The notes: generated by a model from the sequence alone, not told the origin. A stretch of 64,000 nt of DNA from an uncultured delta proteobacterium (GCA_963782055.1 CAWAIF010000003.1:2528001-2592000); one strand, 5' to 3'; counted from the first letter of the stretch, positions 10,801 through 21,604 are shown. Numbers and translations: made by a program.

Positions 10801-12486
10801 ATGAGCTCGCGCAAAGGCGTGTTCCTCTCCGCCGCGGGTGCGGCCGCCCTCGTCGCCGCCGCGCTCTCGGCCGCATGCGGGAGCGACGACACGGCGGCGT
10901 CGCGCTTCGACGGCGGCGCGATGGACGCGGGCGACGATCTGCAGCTCGTCACCGACGGGATCGCCCCCGTCGACGCTCAGCAGGGGCCGTACTCCGACTT
11001 CCCGCAGGACCCCATCGTCGTCTCCGGCGACGGCGGCGCCGGCGCGCCGAACGACTCGTCCACCCTCTTCGGCGATCCCGACGGCGGCGCCGGGAGCGGC
11101 GGCCCGTGCCTCGTCGAGCCGGAGGTGGGCGCGCTCTACCCGCAGAACTGGCTGCGCCCGCGCTTCCACTGGATCGCCCCCGGCGGGGAGAACCTCTTCG
11201 AGGTGCGCGTCCACGCCGACAACCAGCAGAACGATCTGGTCGTCTACACGACGTCCACCATTTGGACGATGCCCAAGGCCCTCTGGGACGGCCTCCGGAT
11301 GCACTCCGCCGACGTGCCCATGACCATCCGCGTGCGCGGCGGCGTCTTCGACGGCAAGAGCCTCACCGCCGTCGCGCTGGGCTCGACGGGGCCGATCGGC
11401 ATCGCGCCGGTGGAGGCGCCGGGGAGCGTCGTCTACTGGACCACCAAGCCCAACCCGCTGCTCAAGGGCTTCTCCATCGGGGACGAGACCGTGGGCGACG
11501 TGCTCACGCCCTCGCAGGTCTACGAGCGCGGGAAGAACGGTGTCGCGTGCATCGGCTGCCACGCCTCCACCCCCGACGGCAAGTACGCGGGCGCCGTGGT
11601 GTTGCAGAGCAACCCCAACAACAACAGCATCGCCGGCGTGGAGCAGGGCAACACCGGCAACCCGCCGCCCTTCCTCGCCGCCGGCGGCAAGGCGGCGATC
11701 GACTCCATGCAGGGCGTCCCCGCCTACAGCAAGGCGCACTGGGGCTCCGGCGATTACATGGAGCTGCTGCTGAGCGGCAAGAACCTGGCGTGGGTCCAGC
11801 TCGACGCCGCGCAGGCGGGGCAGGGGAATGCCTGGGACGTCCTCGCCCGGAGCGGCGACGGCAACGCCGCGGCGATGCCGACGTGGAGCCACGACGGCAA
11901 CACCATCGTCTACGTGTCGACCAAGGGCAGCGTGCCCGACGGCCGCGTCGCGGCGGGGCCGATGGATCTCTTCTCCGTCCCGTACAACAACCGCGCGGGC
12001 GGCGCGGCCAAGCCCGTCGCCGGCGCGAGCGACCCCGACGCCATCGAGTATTACCCGGCGTTCTCGCCGGACGACGCGTGGCTGGTCTTCAACAAGGTCG
12101 CCGGCGCCAGCTCCAGCGCCTACAACAACGCCGCCGCGGAGGTCTACCTCGTGCCCTCCGCCGGCGGCACCGCCACGCGCCTCGCCGCCAACGACCCGCC
12201 CGCGTGCACTGGCAAGAAGAGCCCGGGCGTCACCAACAGCTGGGCCAAGTGGGCGCCCAGCGTCGGCAAGACGAAGGACGGGCGCTCCTTCTACTGGATC
12301 GTCTTCTCCTCCACACGCGACGAGAACGGCAACCCGCAGCTCTACGTCTCGCCGGTGGTGGTGGACGGCAAGGGCAAGGTGACGACCTACCCCGCGCTCT
12401 ACCTCTGGAACCAGCCGGCCGACGAGAACAACCACACCCCGGCGTGGGACGTGTTCAAGATCCCCCCGCCGCCCCCGCCGAACTGA
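10801..12486 (+). CDS. Lipoprotein with TolB-like/PD40 repeats
   Basis: Lipobox SAACG; PTWSHDGNTIVY, PAFSPDDAWLVF, WIVFSSTR repeats. Confidence 0.8.
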   Translation: MSSRKGVFLSAAGAAALVAAALSAACGSDDTAASRFDGGAMDAGDDLQLVTDGIAPVDAQQGPYSDFPQDPIVVSGDGGAGAPNDSSTLFGDPDGGAGSGGPCLVEPEVGALYPQNWLRPRFHWIAPGGENLFEVRVHADNQQNDLVVYTTSTIWTMPKALWDGLRMHSADVPMTIRVRGGVFDGKSLTAVALGSTGPIGIAPVEAPGSVVYWTTKPNPLLKGFSIGDETVGDVLTPSQVYERGKNGVACIGCHASTPDGKYAGAVVLQSNPNNNSIAGVEQGNTGNPPPFLAAGGKAAIDSMQGVPAYSKAHWGSGDYMELLLSGKNLAWVQLDAAQAGQGNAWDVLARSGDGNAAAMPTWSHDGNTIVYVSTKGSVPDGRVAAGPMDLFSVPYNNRAGGAAKPVAGASDPDAIEYYPAFSPDDAWLVFNKVAGASSSAYNNAAAEVYLVPSAGGTATRLAANDPPACTGKKSPGVTNSWAKWAPSVGKTKDGRSFYWIVFSSTRDENGNPQLYVSPVVVDGKGKVTTYPALYLWNQPADENNHTPAWDVFKIPPPPPPN

Positions 12487-12598
12487 GAGGATGTGATGTG
12501 CGGAGAGGTGGGCAACTGCCGCATAGTGGTTCCACGCTAGGAGTTTTGCGTTGTAGATCAGCTTGCGCCAGCGTAGCCTCGTACCGAGGAGGTGGGGC

Positions 12599-14603
12599 AT
12601 GGGCAAGACTCGGCGAATCGCCATGAGCATGGTGGCTACGGCATCGGCGCTTGCGTTCGCGAGGTGCAGCCCGGCCCCCCCCCCCCAACAAGCCGCCGTT
12701 CGTGTTCGAGATCCGGGGCCCCGGCGCCGACGCGACGGGCGGAGGTAGCGCCGGAGAGGTCGTGCTCTTCCACTACTCAGGACCGAAGTCGGCCGGCTTC
12801 GAGGAGCTGAGCTACGCCTTCGGCAGCCAGGACTTCGGGGCGGCACCCTTCGCGTCGCTTCAGGGCGCCAACCAGGCGTCCTTCCCCATCCGCGCCATCC
12901 TCGACTCGGCCGACAATCCCACCTCCCTGCCGGCCATCCCGCTCTCCCCCAAGCCGTACGACGTCACGGTGTTCGCCTTCGATCCGGAGCGTCGCTTCGA
13001 GGATCTCGGTCACGCCCTCGACGACGCGACGTGGAAGTCGCTGACGCGCACGGCCGGTCTCGTGACGTTGCCCGACGGGCTCGGGCTGCCTTCGACGCTC
13101 GTCCCGTTCGGGTCGACCCCGACCGACCTTCGCGTCACGCCGGCGGCGTTCAGCGAGGCGCAGGGGCCGCTCGCGGGCGAGGCGGCGCTGCCGTTCGGCG
13201 CGGGGAGTGTCAAGGCGGCGCGGCTCGTGCAGGACGGACTGTGCTCGCAGTTCGTCCCCTACTCCACCTTCTTCCAGCCGATCGATGCCGGAATCCGCCA
13301 GGCGCTGCTCACGGGTTACGGGTCGGCCTGTTACAAGAGCGACGGCACCAGGACGGACGGGTACGGCCAGATTTCCGCCGAGAACATGGTGAGCTTCCTG
13401 GGCCACGAACCGTTGGTTCCTTCGAGCGTCCGAGGCGGGTTCCTGCTCAATCTCGACGTGACGGTGAAGAGCGCCGCGTTCCCTCTCCAGTTCGTGAGCG
13501 GATCCGATCAGACCTGCCGGATCCAGACCACGGCCGGGTACGAGCCGTACCTCGACAGCTACGGCGTGCTGAACGTACAGACGGGCGTGGGGGTCTACCA
13601 GCAGAAGAACTTCGCCGGCGACTACCTTCCTGGCCTCGAGCAGCACTCCGATACCCTGGCTTGTCGGGGCTTGACCATCGCGCTGCCCTTCCCGCCGTAC
13701 ACGGCAACGTTCGACGGCTTCTCGGCGATCTTCCAGCAGGCACTGCAGAACGACGTTCCCTCCCAGGTGCGAGCACGGGCGGAGGCGAGTCAGTATTACC
13801 CGCCAGTGTGGGACACGAGCTTCGACGACGACGCGACATGGTATTGCGATCCCACGGAGTACGATTCTGCTTACACGTGTCCGCCTCAAACCGAGGACCG
13901 GTGTGGGACTGTTGCGGACATCGTTGGAGGGGCGGCCAAGGCAAGCGCCATTGCCTTCGGGATGGACGCTGCGGCCGCCGAGACACTTCGCCTCAGTATC
14001 GTGGCGAAGGATGGAAACTCGCAACGGCTTCTGCGCTGGCGGTGCGTGGGCCGTCCCGCCACCGCTGGTTCACCGAATCCGCAGGCGTGCGTCGACCCGC
14101 ACAAGGGTCGGTGCGAGTTCATCGTGCCCATCAAGAGGCTGAATACTCGGCCTGACGGGATCGAGGCGGTGTTCTTCGATCGCGAGGACGATGCCAACAA
14201 CGCCGCGCTCGCCATCTTCTTCGCCTCCTTCTATGACGCGAAGACGGACTCGACCGACGTGACGAGCACGGCGTATCGAGCGCTGTGCTCCCTCGGGCGT
14301 CCGAGCGTCGACAATCCGAGCGTCGACACCCGTCGGTTCGAGCCCCGGCCGTTTGCGAAGCTCGCCGGAAAGCCGTCGATCTGCGATCAGACTCTGGGTC
14401 TCGGTCCTCCTCCCGAGTGCGCCCTGGATTGTGGGGATCTGGCGAGTCCTACGGCCTGCTCGACGAACGCCGACTGTACCGGCCTGTACATGCAGGGTCG
14501 TAGTTGCCCTGGAGGAGCGTGTGCATGCGTCAACCGCGTGTGTAGCCCCCGATGCTTCACGGCGCCGCCACCACGCGCGGCGTGTGGTCCAAGCCCGATG
14601 TGA
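12599..14603 (+). CDS. Large secreted/lipoprotein with Cys-rich C-terminus, frameshifted at a C12 tract (12675-12686)
   Basis: RBS AGGAGGT; ATG12599 gives signal MGKTRRIAMSMVATASALAFARC. C11 would fuse it to the 12651-14603 ORF. Confidence 0.7.
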
Positions 14604-14613
14604 GCGGTGCCAT

Positions 14614-15402
14614 ATGACCAGAGGAACCCCGCTCGTCCACGTTGTCGTGCTAGCAACGCTTCTCTCCTGCGGCGGAACCGTCCAGGGCTCCTCCGATGCG
14701 GGCCCCGATGCGTCCGGCGACACCGCGGACGACGTCGCACGTGACGACGCGGGGTACGGCCAGTGCACCTCGCCCTCCGGCTACCGCGTGTGCGGCGGCA
14801 CGGGGCAATGCACGTACGTGGAGGGAGCCAACCGGTGCATCTGCTGGGGCAAGGAGACGAGCTCTCAACCGAATGTCTGTGGCGACAACAAGCTCATCGA
14901 TCAGGGGTACGACGGCGCCATGTGCAACACGTGCCCCGACGGTTCGCTCTGCGGCGACTTCGGCCTGCTCGCGACCCCGGACGGTGAGCTGAGCTGCATG
15001 CCCTACGAGATGGGCATCCTCTACCTCAAGAACGGGGCCACCACCGACCGCATCCGCTACTACGACCGCGGTCTCTTCGACGGCGGGCCAATCCCCAATC
15101 CGACGGTGTGCCCCTCCCTTCCCGGCATCCGTGTGTGCGGAGGGAGCTGCGGCGGGTGCCCGCTGGGCCAGTACTGCGTCGGTCGATCGCCGCTCCATCC
15201 GGTCGGCTTCTGCTACACCCCCGGCCAGCCGGACGTCTGCAGCCCCGGCAAGCATGCGTGCAGCGATGGCCGGCCGTGCTTCACCTTCAAGGTCGAACCG
15301 GAGGCGCAGCCGATCGCCGACAAGAACGGTCTCTGCATACCGCTCGCGCTCTGCCAGGCGCTCGCGCAGTCGCTCCCCGGGGGAGGCACGTGCACGCCGT
15401 GA
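14614..15402 (+). CDS. Cys-rich lipoprotein
   Basis: Lipobox LLSCGG; about 20 Cys. Confidence 0.75.
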   Translation: MTRGTPLVHVVVLATLLSCGGTVQGSSDAGPDASGDTADDVARDDAGYGQCTSPSGYRVCGGTGQCTYVEGANRCICWGKETSSQPNVCGDNKLIDQGYDGAMCNTCPDGSLCGDFGLLATPDGELSCMPYEMGILYLKNGATTDRIRYYDRGLFDGGPIPNPTVCPSLPGIRVCGGSCGGCPLGQYCVGRSPLHPVGFCYTPGQPDVCSPGKHACSDGRPCFTFKVEPEAQPIADKNGLCIPLALCQALAQSLPGGGTCTP

Positions 15403-16202
15403 AGGGCGGGCTCCTCGCGACGGTCATCGTGGCGTGCGGCGCGCGCACCGGGCTCGGCGGTGGAGACGGTAACGGCGGCGTGGCCTGGCTCCCGCACCCG
15501 CTCTGCGAGTCGGCGAGCGGCGTGCGCCTCTGCGGCGGCAGCCCGCCGTGTCCGGAGATCCCCGCCCCCGAGTGCCGTGGCTACGCGTGCGAGCACGGCG
15601 CGGACGTGGTGACGAGCGCGCCGGCGTCGGGTGGCGCGTGCCTGTCCGACACGCCGGGCGACGCGAGCTCCCTCTGCCACGCGTGCCCCGACGGCGACGC
15701 GTGCCTGCTGCGGCCCACGGGCGATTTGGTCTGCGTGCCGGCGGACGTCTGCCACGCGCTCTGGGACATCGGCGTGCGCGACGTGTGCCGCTACGCCGAC
15801 AAGAGCGCCTATGACGATCGGCCGCTCGCCGAGGGCGGCAAGTGCCCGTGGTCGCTCGGGGATCCGATGCGATGGGCGCTCTGCGGCGGTGGGTGCGGCG
15901 CGTGTCAGGAGCCCACATGGTCGTGCACCGGACGCTCGGCGACGCGCGGGTGGGGTATCTGCCAGACGAGCACGTTCAAGCCGACCATCCCGTCGTGCAG
16001 CCTGACCCCGAGCGGCAGCGTGGTGAGGTGGTGCGACACGCAGTTTCCCGACGGCTGGGCGTGCGGCGTCTATCGGAACGCGCCGACGGACGTTGCCGCG
16101 AGCCGCCTCTACGGCACGTGCCTCGGCCCGGCGCTCTGCGTCCGTCTGCGCGGCATCCTGGGGCTGGACTGCTACGACGCGTCGGGCGTGCTGATCCAGT
16201 GA
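15399..16202 (+). CDS. Cys-rich lipoprotein, tandem paralog of 14614-15402
   Basis: IVACG lipobox; shared CxSxSGxRxCGG, CxxCPDGxxC, CGGxCGxC, CxGRS motifs. Confidence 0.75.
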   Translation: MKGGLLATVIVACGARTGLGGGDGNGGVAWLPHPLCESASGVRLCGGSPPCPEIPAPECRGYACEHGADVVTSAPASGGACLSDTPGDASSLCHACPDGDACLLRPTGDLVCVPADVCHALWDIGVRDVCRYADKSAYDDRPLAEGGKCPWSLGDPMRWALCGGGCGACQEPTWSCTGRSATRGWGICQTSTFKPTIPSCSLTPSGSVVRWCDTQFPDGWACGVYRNAPTDVAASRLYGTCLGPALCVRLRGILGLDCYDASGVLIQ

Positions 16203-16232
16203 CGCGGCCGCCGCGGTGGAGCGTGCGGGCCT

Positions 16233-16268
16233 CGCCAATATCGGCGGTCCAGGTCGCCAATATTGGCG
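16233..16268. promoter_or_regulatory. Two tandem palindromes CGCCAATAT(C/T)GGCG, 22-bp period
   Basis: 16233-16246 and 16255-16268; the second is a perfect 14-bp palindrome. Confidence 0.55.
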
Positions 16269-16281
16269 GGGCGCTGCTACC

Positions 16282-16617
16282 ATGCCCGCCGTGCCCCACC
16301 GCGAGCGTTACCTCTTCGTCTGCACCAACCGGCGCGATCCGGACAACCCCAAGGGCTCGTGCGCCCAGAAGGGCTCGGAGGAGCTGGTGCCGCGCTTCAA
16401 GCAGCTCCTCAAGCAGAAGGGCCTCGCCCTGCGCCTGCGCGCGTGCTCCACGAGCTGCCTCGACCTCTGCGAGAGCGGCGCGACGGTGCTGCAGGAGCCC
16501 GATCACGTCGCCTACGGCGGGGTGACCCTCGCCGACGTGGAGGAGATCGTGGACGCCGCCGCGGAGGGGAAGGTCGTCGGGCGCCTGGTCGTGGCGCCGA
16601 AGCCGGAGGGAGAGTGA
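16282..16617 (+). CDS. Thioredoxin-like [2Fe-2S] ferredoxin
   Basis: FVCTNRR...SC and TSCLDLCESG motifs. Confidence 0.85.
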   Translation: MPAVPHRERYLFVCTNRRDPDNPKGSCAQKGSEELVPRFKQLLKQKGLALRLRACSTSCLDLCESGATVLQEPDHVAYGGVTLADVEEIVDAAAEGKVVGRLVVAPKPEGE

Positions 16618-16618
16618 G

Positions 16619-17062
16619 ATGCCCGGGTTCCGATTCGCCGAGACGATGCGCGGCAGCTACCACCTGCTCGCCGACCCCACCGACGAGCGCGCGATGGAGT
16701 TCACCATCGAGGCCAGCGTCCGCGGCCTGCGCCGCTTCTCCAGGGACCTGAACGCCGCCATCCGCGGGCGGGTCGTGATGGAGGGCTTCGCCGACGCGCC
16801 CATCGAGGGCACGCTGGGCATGAAGGTGCTGCGCGAGCGCCGCCTGCCCTACGAGTTCGGCTTCGTCGCCGCCGACGGCAAGCGCTACACCTTCCGCGGC
16901 CAGAAGGACGTCACCCTGCTGGACATCCCCGGCTCGATGACGGTGCTCCCCGCGAGCCTCTACGACGCCGAGGGCGAGGAGATCGCCCGCGCCACCTTGC
17001 GCTTCGACCTGCGCGGCGACATCGTGAGCTTCCTGCGCTCCTTCCGCCCGCGCGTGCTGTAG
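16619..17062 (+). CDS. Hypothetical protein
   Basis: RBS, GC3-rich codon usage, operonic position. Confidence 0.7.
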   Translation: MPGFRFAETMRGSYHLLADPTDERAMEFTIEASVRGLRRFSRDLNAAIRGRVVMEGFADAPIEGTLGMKVLRERRLPYEFGFVAADGKRYTFRGQKDVTLLDIPGSMTVLPASLYDAEGEEIARATLRFDLRGDIVSFLRSFRPRVL

Positions 17063-17071
17063 AGGTCTCGC

Positions 17072-17635
17072 ATGGAACGACTCGTCCCCGCGCACACCGC
17101 CCTGCTCGTCGTCGACGTGCAGGAGAAGCTCGCCCGCGTCATGCCGGAGGCGGCGCTCGAGCGACTCGTGCACAATACACTGATCCTGCTGGAGGCCGCG
17201 CGCCTGCTCGGGGTGCGCGTCGTCGCGACCGAGCAGTACCCCAAGGGCCTCGGGCCCACGGTGGCGCCGCTGCGGGAGAAGCTCGGGACCATGGGGATCG
17301 AGCCCATCGAGAAGCTGGACTTCGACGCGCTGGCCGAGCCGCGCGTGGCGCAGGCGCTCGCCGCCGGCCCGAGCCGCGTGCAGCGGGTCGTCGTCGTCGG
17401 GATGGAGTCGCACATCTGCGTCTTCCAGACCGCGCGCGAGCTCGCCCGCCGCGGCTACGGGCCGCAGGTGGTGGAGGACGCCGTCGCCTCGCGCCGGGAG
17501 GAGAGCCGCCAGGCCGGCCTGCACCTGTGCGAGCGCGCCGGCGCGGTGCGCACCGTCACCGAGACCGTCGTCTTCGACCTGCTCGCCCGCGCCGAGGGCG
17601 ACGCCTTCAAGGCGCTGTCGAAGCTGGTGAAGTAG
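17072..17635 (+). CDS. Isochorismatase-family cysteine hydrolase
   Basis: LLVVDVQEKL, TEQYPKGLG, GMESHICVFQT. Confidence 0.9.
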   Translation: MERLVPAHTALLVVDVQEKLARVMPEAALERLVHNTLILLEAARLLGVRVVATEQYPKGLGPTVAPLREKLGTMGIEPIEKLDFDALAEPRVAQALAAGPSRVQRVVVVGMESHICVFQTARELARRGYGPQVVEDAVASRREESRQAGLHLCERAGAVRTVTETVVFDLLARAEGDAFKALSKLVK

Positions 17636-17648
17636 CTCCGGATCGCCG

Positions 17649-18248
17649 CTACTTCCACAGCGAGCCGAGCGCGAGCTCCACCGCGTCGAACGGCTCCGCG
17701 CGGACGCGCGCCTCGTCGCGCCACACGCCGACGAGGTTCCACTCGGTGGTCTTGCGGCGCTTCTTCGCGCGCGACGGCGGCACGTGGCGAAACACCTCCA
17801 GCGTGCGCGCGACCGGATCGACGAGCCACACGTGCGGGATGCGTTCGCGCGCGTGGATGGTCATCTTCTCCGAGCGGTCGAGCGCGCGCGTCGAGTCGGA
17901 CAGGACCTCGCACACCCAGTCGGGCGCGAGGGTGAAGAAGACCACGTCGGGCACCTCCGGCATGCGCTCGCGACGCCAGCCGGCGAGGTCCGGAACCAGG
18001 ATGTCCTCCTCGCGCCTCGGACCGAAGTGCAGCTCGGGCTCGTCCAGAAGGATCCAGCCTCCCGGACCGCCCCTGCCGTCGTCGAAGGGCGGGCCGAGCT
18101 CCACGCCCAGGCGTGACGAGGCGCGCGTGTGCTTCGCGGCCGGACGCGGGTGGGTGTACAGGACGCCGAAGAGGACCTCGGCCACCACGTGCTCCGGAGC
18201 GGCGAGCACGTCGTCGTAGGACGCGCGCGGCTTCGGACGAGCGATCAC
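17649..18248 (-). CDS. Uma2-family endonuclease-like protein
   Basis: VPDLAGWRRERMP, APDWVCEVLSDST, WLVDP. Confidence 0.9.
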   Translation of the reverse strand: MIARPKPRASYDDVLAAPEHVVAEVLFGVLYTHPRPAAKHTRASSRLGVELGPPFDDGRGGPGGWILLDEPELHFGPRREEDILVPDLAGWRRERMPEVPDVVFFTLAPDWVCEVLSDSTRALDRSEKMTIHARERIPHVWLVDPVARTLEVFRHVPPSRAKKRRKTTEWNLVGVWRDEARVRAEPFDAVELALGSLWK

Positions 18249-18312
18249 GCCGCAAGCATACGACGACGACGCGGTCCGGGCGAAGCACCCTCGAGGGTCG
18301 ACGGTCGAGTGA

Positions 18313-19911
18313 TCAGGCCGCCGGCGCCTCCGCCTGCGGCGGCGGGTTCACCATCGTCAGCACGACGTACGAGACGGCGGCGACGCCCGCGCCGACGAAC
18401 CACGCGTAGTCGAAGAGCGGGCGGAAGAAGGGGATCACGAGGCCGACCCACGCCAGGCCGCAGCCCAGGCCGGTCGCGAGCACGGCGTTCCAGTTGGTGC
18501 CCAGGCCCGTCACGCTCGTCACCACGGTCTTCGCCGCCGACTCGCGGTACCCGCTGCCCGCGTCCGCCGGCACCTTCATCCGCGTCACCACGCCGTAGGC
18601 GTACGCGCCGTCGCGCCGGTAGAGATCGGCCAGGCGCAGCCGCCGGTGGCGCAGGATCCAGTAGTCGGTGATGAGCACGCCGGCGATGGAGCCCAGCCCG
18701 CCGGAGTAGCCGAGCAGCCACTGGAAGATGTAGCCGTGCGGGTCGGCGATGAGCTTCCACGGCATCATCAAGACGCCGATGACGCCGGTGATGACGCCGC
18801 CCATCTTGAAGGAGATGTGCCTGGGCGCCATGTTGGCGAAGTCGTTCGCCGGGGAGACCACGTTGGCGGCGATGTTCACGCTCAGCGTCGCGATGACGAT
18901 GGTGAACATGGCGATGCCCACGAGCCAGCGCGACTCGAACTTGCCGACCAGCTCGATGGGGTCCCACATCGCCTTGCCGTAGATGATCTGCGAGGCGCTG
19001 GTGATGATCACGCCCATCGCGGCGAAGACCGTCATCGTGGTGGGCAGCGAGACCACCTGCCCGATCATCTGCTCCTTCTGCGATCGCCCGAAGCGGGTGA
19101 AGTCGGGCATGTTGAGCGAGAGCGTCGCCCAGAAGCCCACCATCGCCGTCACGCTCGGCACGAACACCTTCCAGAACCCACCGGGCGTCTTGAAGGTGTG
19201 ATGCGCGGTCATGATCGGCCCGAGGCCGTGCGCGCGGCGGATGGCCCACACCACCAGCAGCGCCGTCATGATCAGCACGAAGGGCGCGGCGAGGTTCTCC
19301 ACCTTGCGCAAGAGGTCCATCCCGCGCACCACGATGGCGATGTTGATCGCCCAGAAGAGGGCGAAGCTGAGCCACTCGGTCAGCAGGTGGCCGCCGGGCG
19401 TCGCGGTGCCGAGCACGGTCGGCCAGCCGGCCCAGAGGGAGTGGAAGAAGGTCTGCAGCGCCTGCCCGCCGATCCACGCGTTGATGCCGAACCACCCGCA
19501 CGCGACGATGGCGCGCATGAAGGCCGGGACGTTGGCGCCGTAGACGCCGTAGGAGGCGCGCGCGAAGACGGGGAAGGGGATGCCGTACTTGGTGCCCGGG
19601 TGCGAGTTGAGCAGGATCGGCCCGAGGACGATCAGGTTGCCCAGCAGGATGGTGACGAGCGCCTGCCACCAGCTCATGCCGAGGCCGATGAGGCTCGCGG
19701 CGAGCATGTACGTGGGGATGCAGTGCGCCATGGAGATCCACAGCGCGGAGAAGTTGTAGGTGGTCCACGTGCGCTGCGCGACGCGCGTCGGCGCGAGGTC
19801 GTGGCTGTAGAGCGAGGAGCCCTCCAGGCTCACCGACTCGCGCAGCTCGACGCGGCCGTCCGCGTGCTGGACTTGCTCGTCGTCGGTCTCGGTGGAGGCG
19901 GCGGCGGTCAT
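18313..19911 (-). CDS. NCS1 nucleobase:cation symporter
   Basis: GTKYGIPFPVFARASYG, LNMPDFTRF, NIAANVVSPA; many TM segments. Confidence 0.92.
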   Translation of the reverse strand: MTAAASTETDDEQVQHADGRVELRESVSLEGSSLYSHDLAPTRVAQRTWTTYNFSALWISMAHCIPTYMLAASLIGLGMSWWQALVTILLGNLIVLGPILLNSHPGTKYGIPFPVFARASYGVYGANVPAFMRAIVACGWFGINAWIGGQALQTFFHSLWAGWPTVLGTATPGGHLLTEWLSFALFWAINIAIVVRGMDLLRKVENLAAPFVLIMTALLVVWAIRRAHGLGPIMTAHHTFKTPGGFWKVFVPSVTAMVGFWATLSLNMPDFTRFGRSQKEQMIGQVVSLPTTMTVFAAMGVIITSASQIIYGKAMWDPIELVGKFESRWLVGIAMFTIVIATLSVNIAANVVSPANDFANMAPRHISFKMGGVITGVIGVLMMPWKLIADPHGYIFQWLLGYSGGLGSIAGVLITDYWILRHRRLRLADLYRRDGAYAYGVVTRMKVPADAGSGYRESAAKTVVTSVTGLGTNWNAVLATGLGCGLAWVGLVIPFFRPLFDYAWFVGAGVAAVSYVVLTMVNPPPQAEAPAA

Positions 19912-20007
19912 TGGGGGCAAGCCGCATTACCTGACGGTGACCGGACCCCGCAAGGGTGGGCAGGTACTTCATTGCACGAAACTAAACCATGAGTTACTGT
20001 CTGTGCG

Positions 20008-20589
20008 GTGAGCCTTCCCCCCGGCAGACCGGACTGGGACCGCCTCTTCCAGACGGCGGCCGCCCAGGAAGGCTATTTCACGACCCGCCAAGCGGCGGAC
20101 GCCGGCTACTCGTCGCAGCTGCTGCTCAAGCACATCCACGCCGGCCGCGTCACTCGGATGCGGCGAGGCATCTACCGGCTCGTCCACTTCCCGGCGGGCG
20201 AGCACGAAGAGCTGGTCACCGCCTGGCTCTGGTCGGAGCGGGCAGGAGTCATCTCGCACCAGAGCGCGCTCGCCCTCCACGGGCTCTCCGACGCGCTGCC
20301 TGCGCGCATGCATCTGACGCTGCCGGGCGCGTGGCGCCGGCGCCGCTTCAGGGTCCCCGCCGGCGTCGTGCTCCACCACGCGGATGTGCCGCCGGAGGAC
20401 CGCACGTGGTTCGGGGCGGTGCCCACGACCGACGCGCGCCGCTCGCTGCGCGACTGCGCCCTCGAGGGCCTGTCGCCCGAGCTGCTGCGACAGGCGGCGC
20501 AGCAAGCCCTGAGGCGCGGTCTGGTGACCAGGGACGAGCTCGGCGACGTCGAGCAAGCGCTCGCGCCGTTCGGTGGTCTCGCTGCATGA
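20008..20589 (+). CDS. abiEi: Type IV TA antitoxin, AbiEi family
   Basis: QEGYFTTRQA, RGIYRL, ISHQSALALHGLSD. Confidence 0.85.
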   Translation: MSLPPGRPDWDRLFQTAAAQEGYFTTRQAADAGYSSQLLLKHIHAGRVTRMRRGIYRLVHFPAGEHEELVTAWLWSERAGVISHQSALALHGLSDALPARMHLTLPGAWRRRRFRVPAGVVLHHADVPPEDRTWFGAVPTTDARRSLRDCALEGLSPELLRQAAQQALRRGLVTRDELGDVEQALAPFGGLAA

Positions 20590-21494
20590 CGGCGCGCACG
20601 TACTCCTCGCCCGAGGCGTTCAAGCAGGCGCTCGAGCAGCGCCTCCGAGCGTCCGCGAAGACGGGCGCCGGATTCGCGCGCAAGCGGCAGCTGCTGGTGT
20701 TCGCTCGCTTCCTCGCGCGCAGCATGGCCGTGCTGGGCGACGCGGCGACGCTCAAGGGCGGCCTCGTCCTGGAGCTCCGGCTCGCGCGGGCACGGACCAC
20801 GAAGGACGTCGACCTGCGCATGACGGGCTCGCCGAGCGACATCCTGGCGAAGCTGCAGGAGACCGCGCGTCGCGACGCCGGCGACTTCATGACCTTCGAG
20901 ATCGGCCCGGACCGCGACCAGGCCGAGATCCGGAACGACGGCACGCAGTACGATGGGCTCCGCTTCCGCGCGCAGTGCAAGCTCGCCGGCAAGCCGTACG
21001 GACAGCCCTTCGGCGTCAACGTCGCCTTCGGCGATCCGATGCTCGGCGAACCCGAGCGCGTCGTGGCGGAAGACGTCCTGGCCTTCGCGGGCATCGCGCC
21101 CCCGACGCTGCGGCTCTATCCGATCGAGACGCACGTCGCGGAGAAGCTCCACGCGTACACGATGCCACGCGCGCGCCCGAACTCGCGCGTGAAGGATCTG
21201 CCCGATATCGCCCTCCTCGCGACTGCGCAGGTCATCGAGGCGAAGCGGCTGCGGGCGGCCCTCGAGCAGACCTTCACCTTCCGCAAGACCCACCCCCTTC
21301 CGGTGATGCTTCCCGATCCCCCGCCCGCGTGGACCACACCCTACGCCGCCATGGCGCGCGAGGAGCGGCTCGCGTGGCCCACTCTGGGCGAGGTCACGCA
21401 GGCGGCGAGGACGTTCCTCGACCCCGTGCTCGCCGGCGACCCCGACGCCGCATGGAACCCCGGGACGTGGTCGTGGGGCTCATCACGCCGCTGA
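20586..21494 (+). CDS. abiEii: Type IV TA toxin, AbiEii nucleotidyltransferase
   Basis: LKGG...RTTKDVDL, AEKLHA, SRVKDLPD; ATGA overlap with the antitoxin. Confidence 0.88.
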   Translation: MTARTYSSPEAFKQALEQRLRASAKTGAGFARKRQLLVFARFLARSMAVLGDAATLKGGLVLELRLARARTTKDVDLRMTGSPSDILAKLQETARRDAGDFMTFEIGPDRDQAEIRNDGTQYDGLRFRAQCKLAGKPYGQPFGVNVAFGDPMLGEPERVVAEDVLAFAGIAPPTLRLYPIETHVAEKLHAYTMPRARPNSRVKDLPDIALLATAQVIEAKRLRAALEQTFTFRKTHPLPVMLPDPPPAWTTPYAAMAREERLAWPTLGEVTQAARTFLDPVLAGDPDAAWNPGTWSWGSSRR

Positions 21495-21604
21495 AGGGGG
21501 CCGGCGTCGCGCTGGCCATCCGTTCCGTATGACATTGTGCGCTTTCTGCGGTAGAAACGGCCTCTTCACCTCTCGCGCAACCTGGGGAGAAGCTGGGAGC
21601 AATC

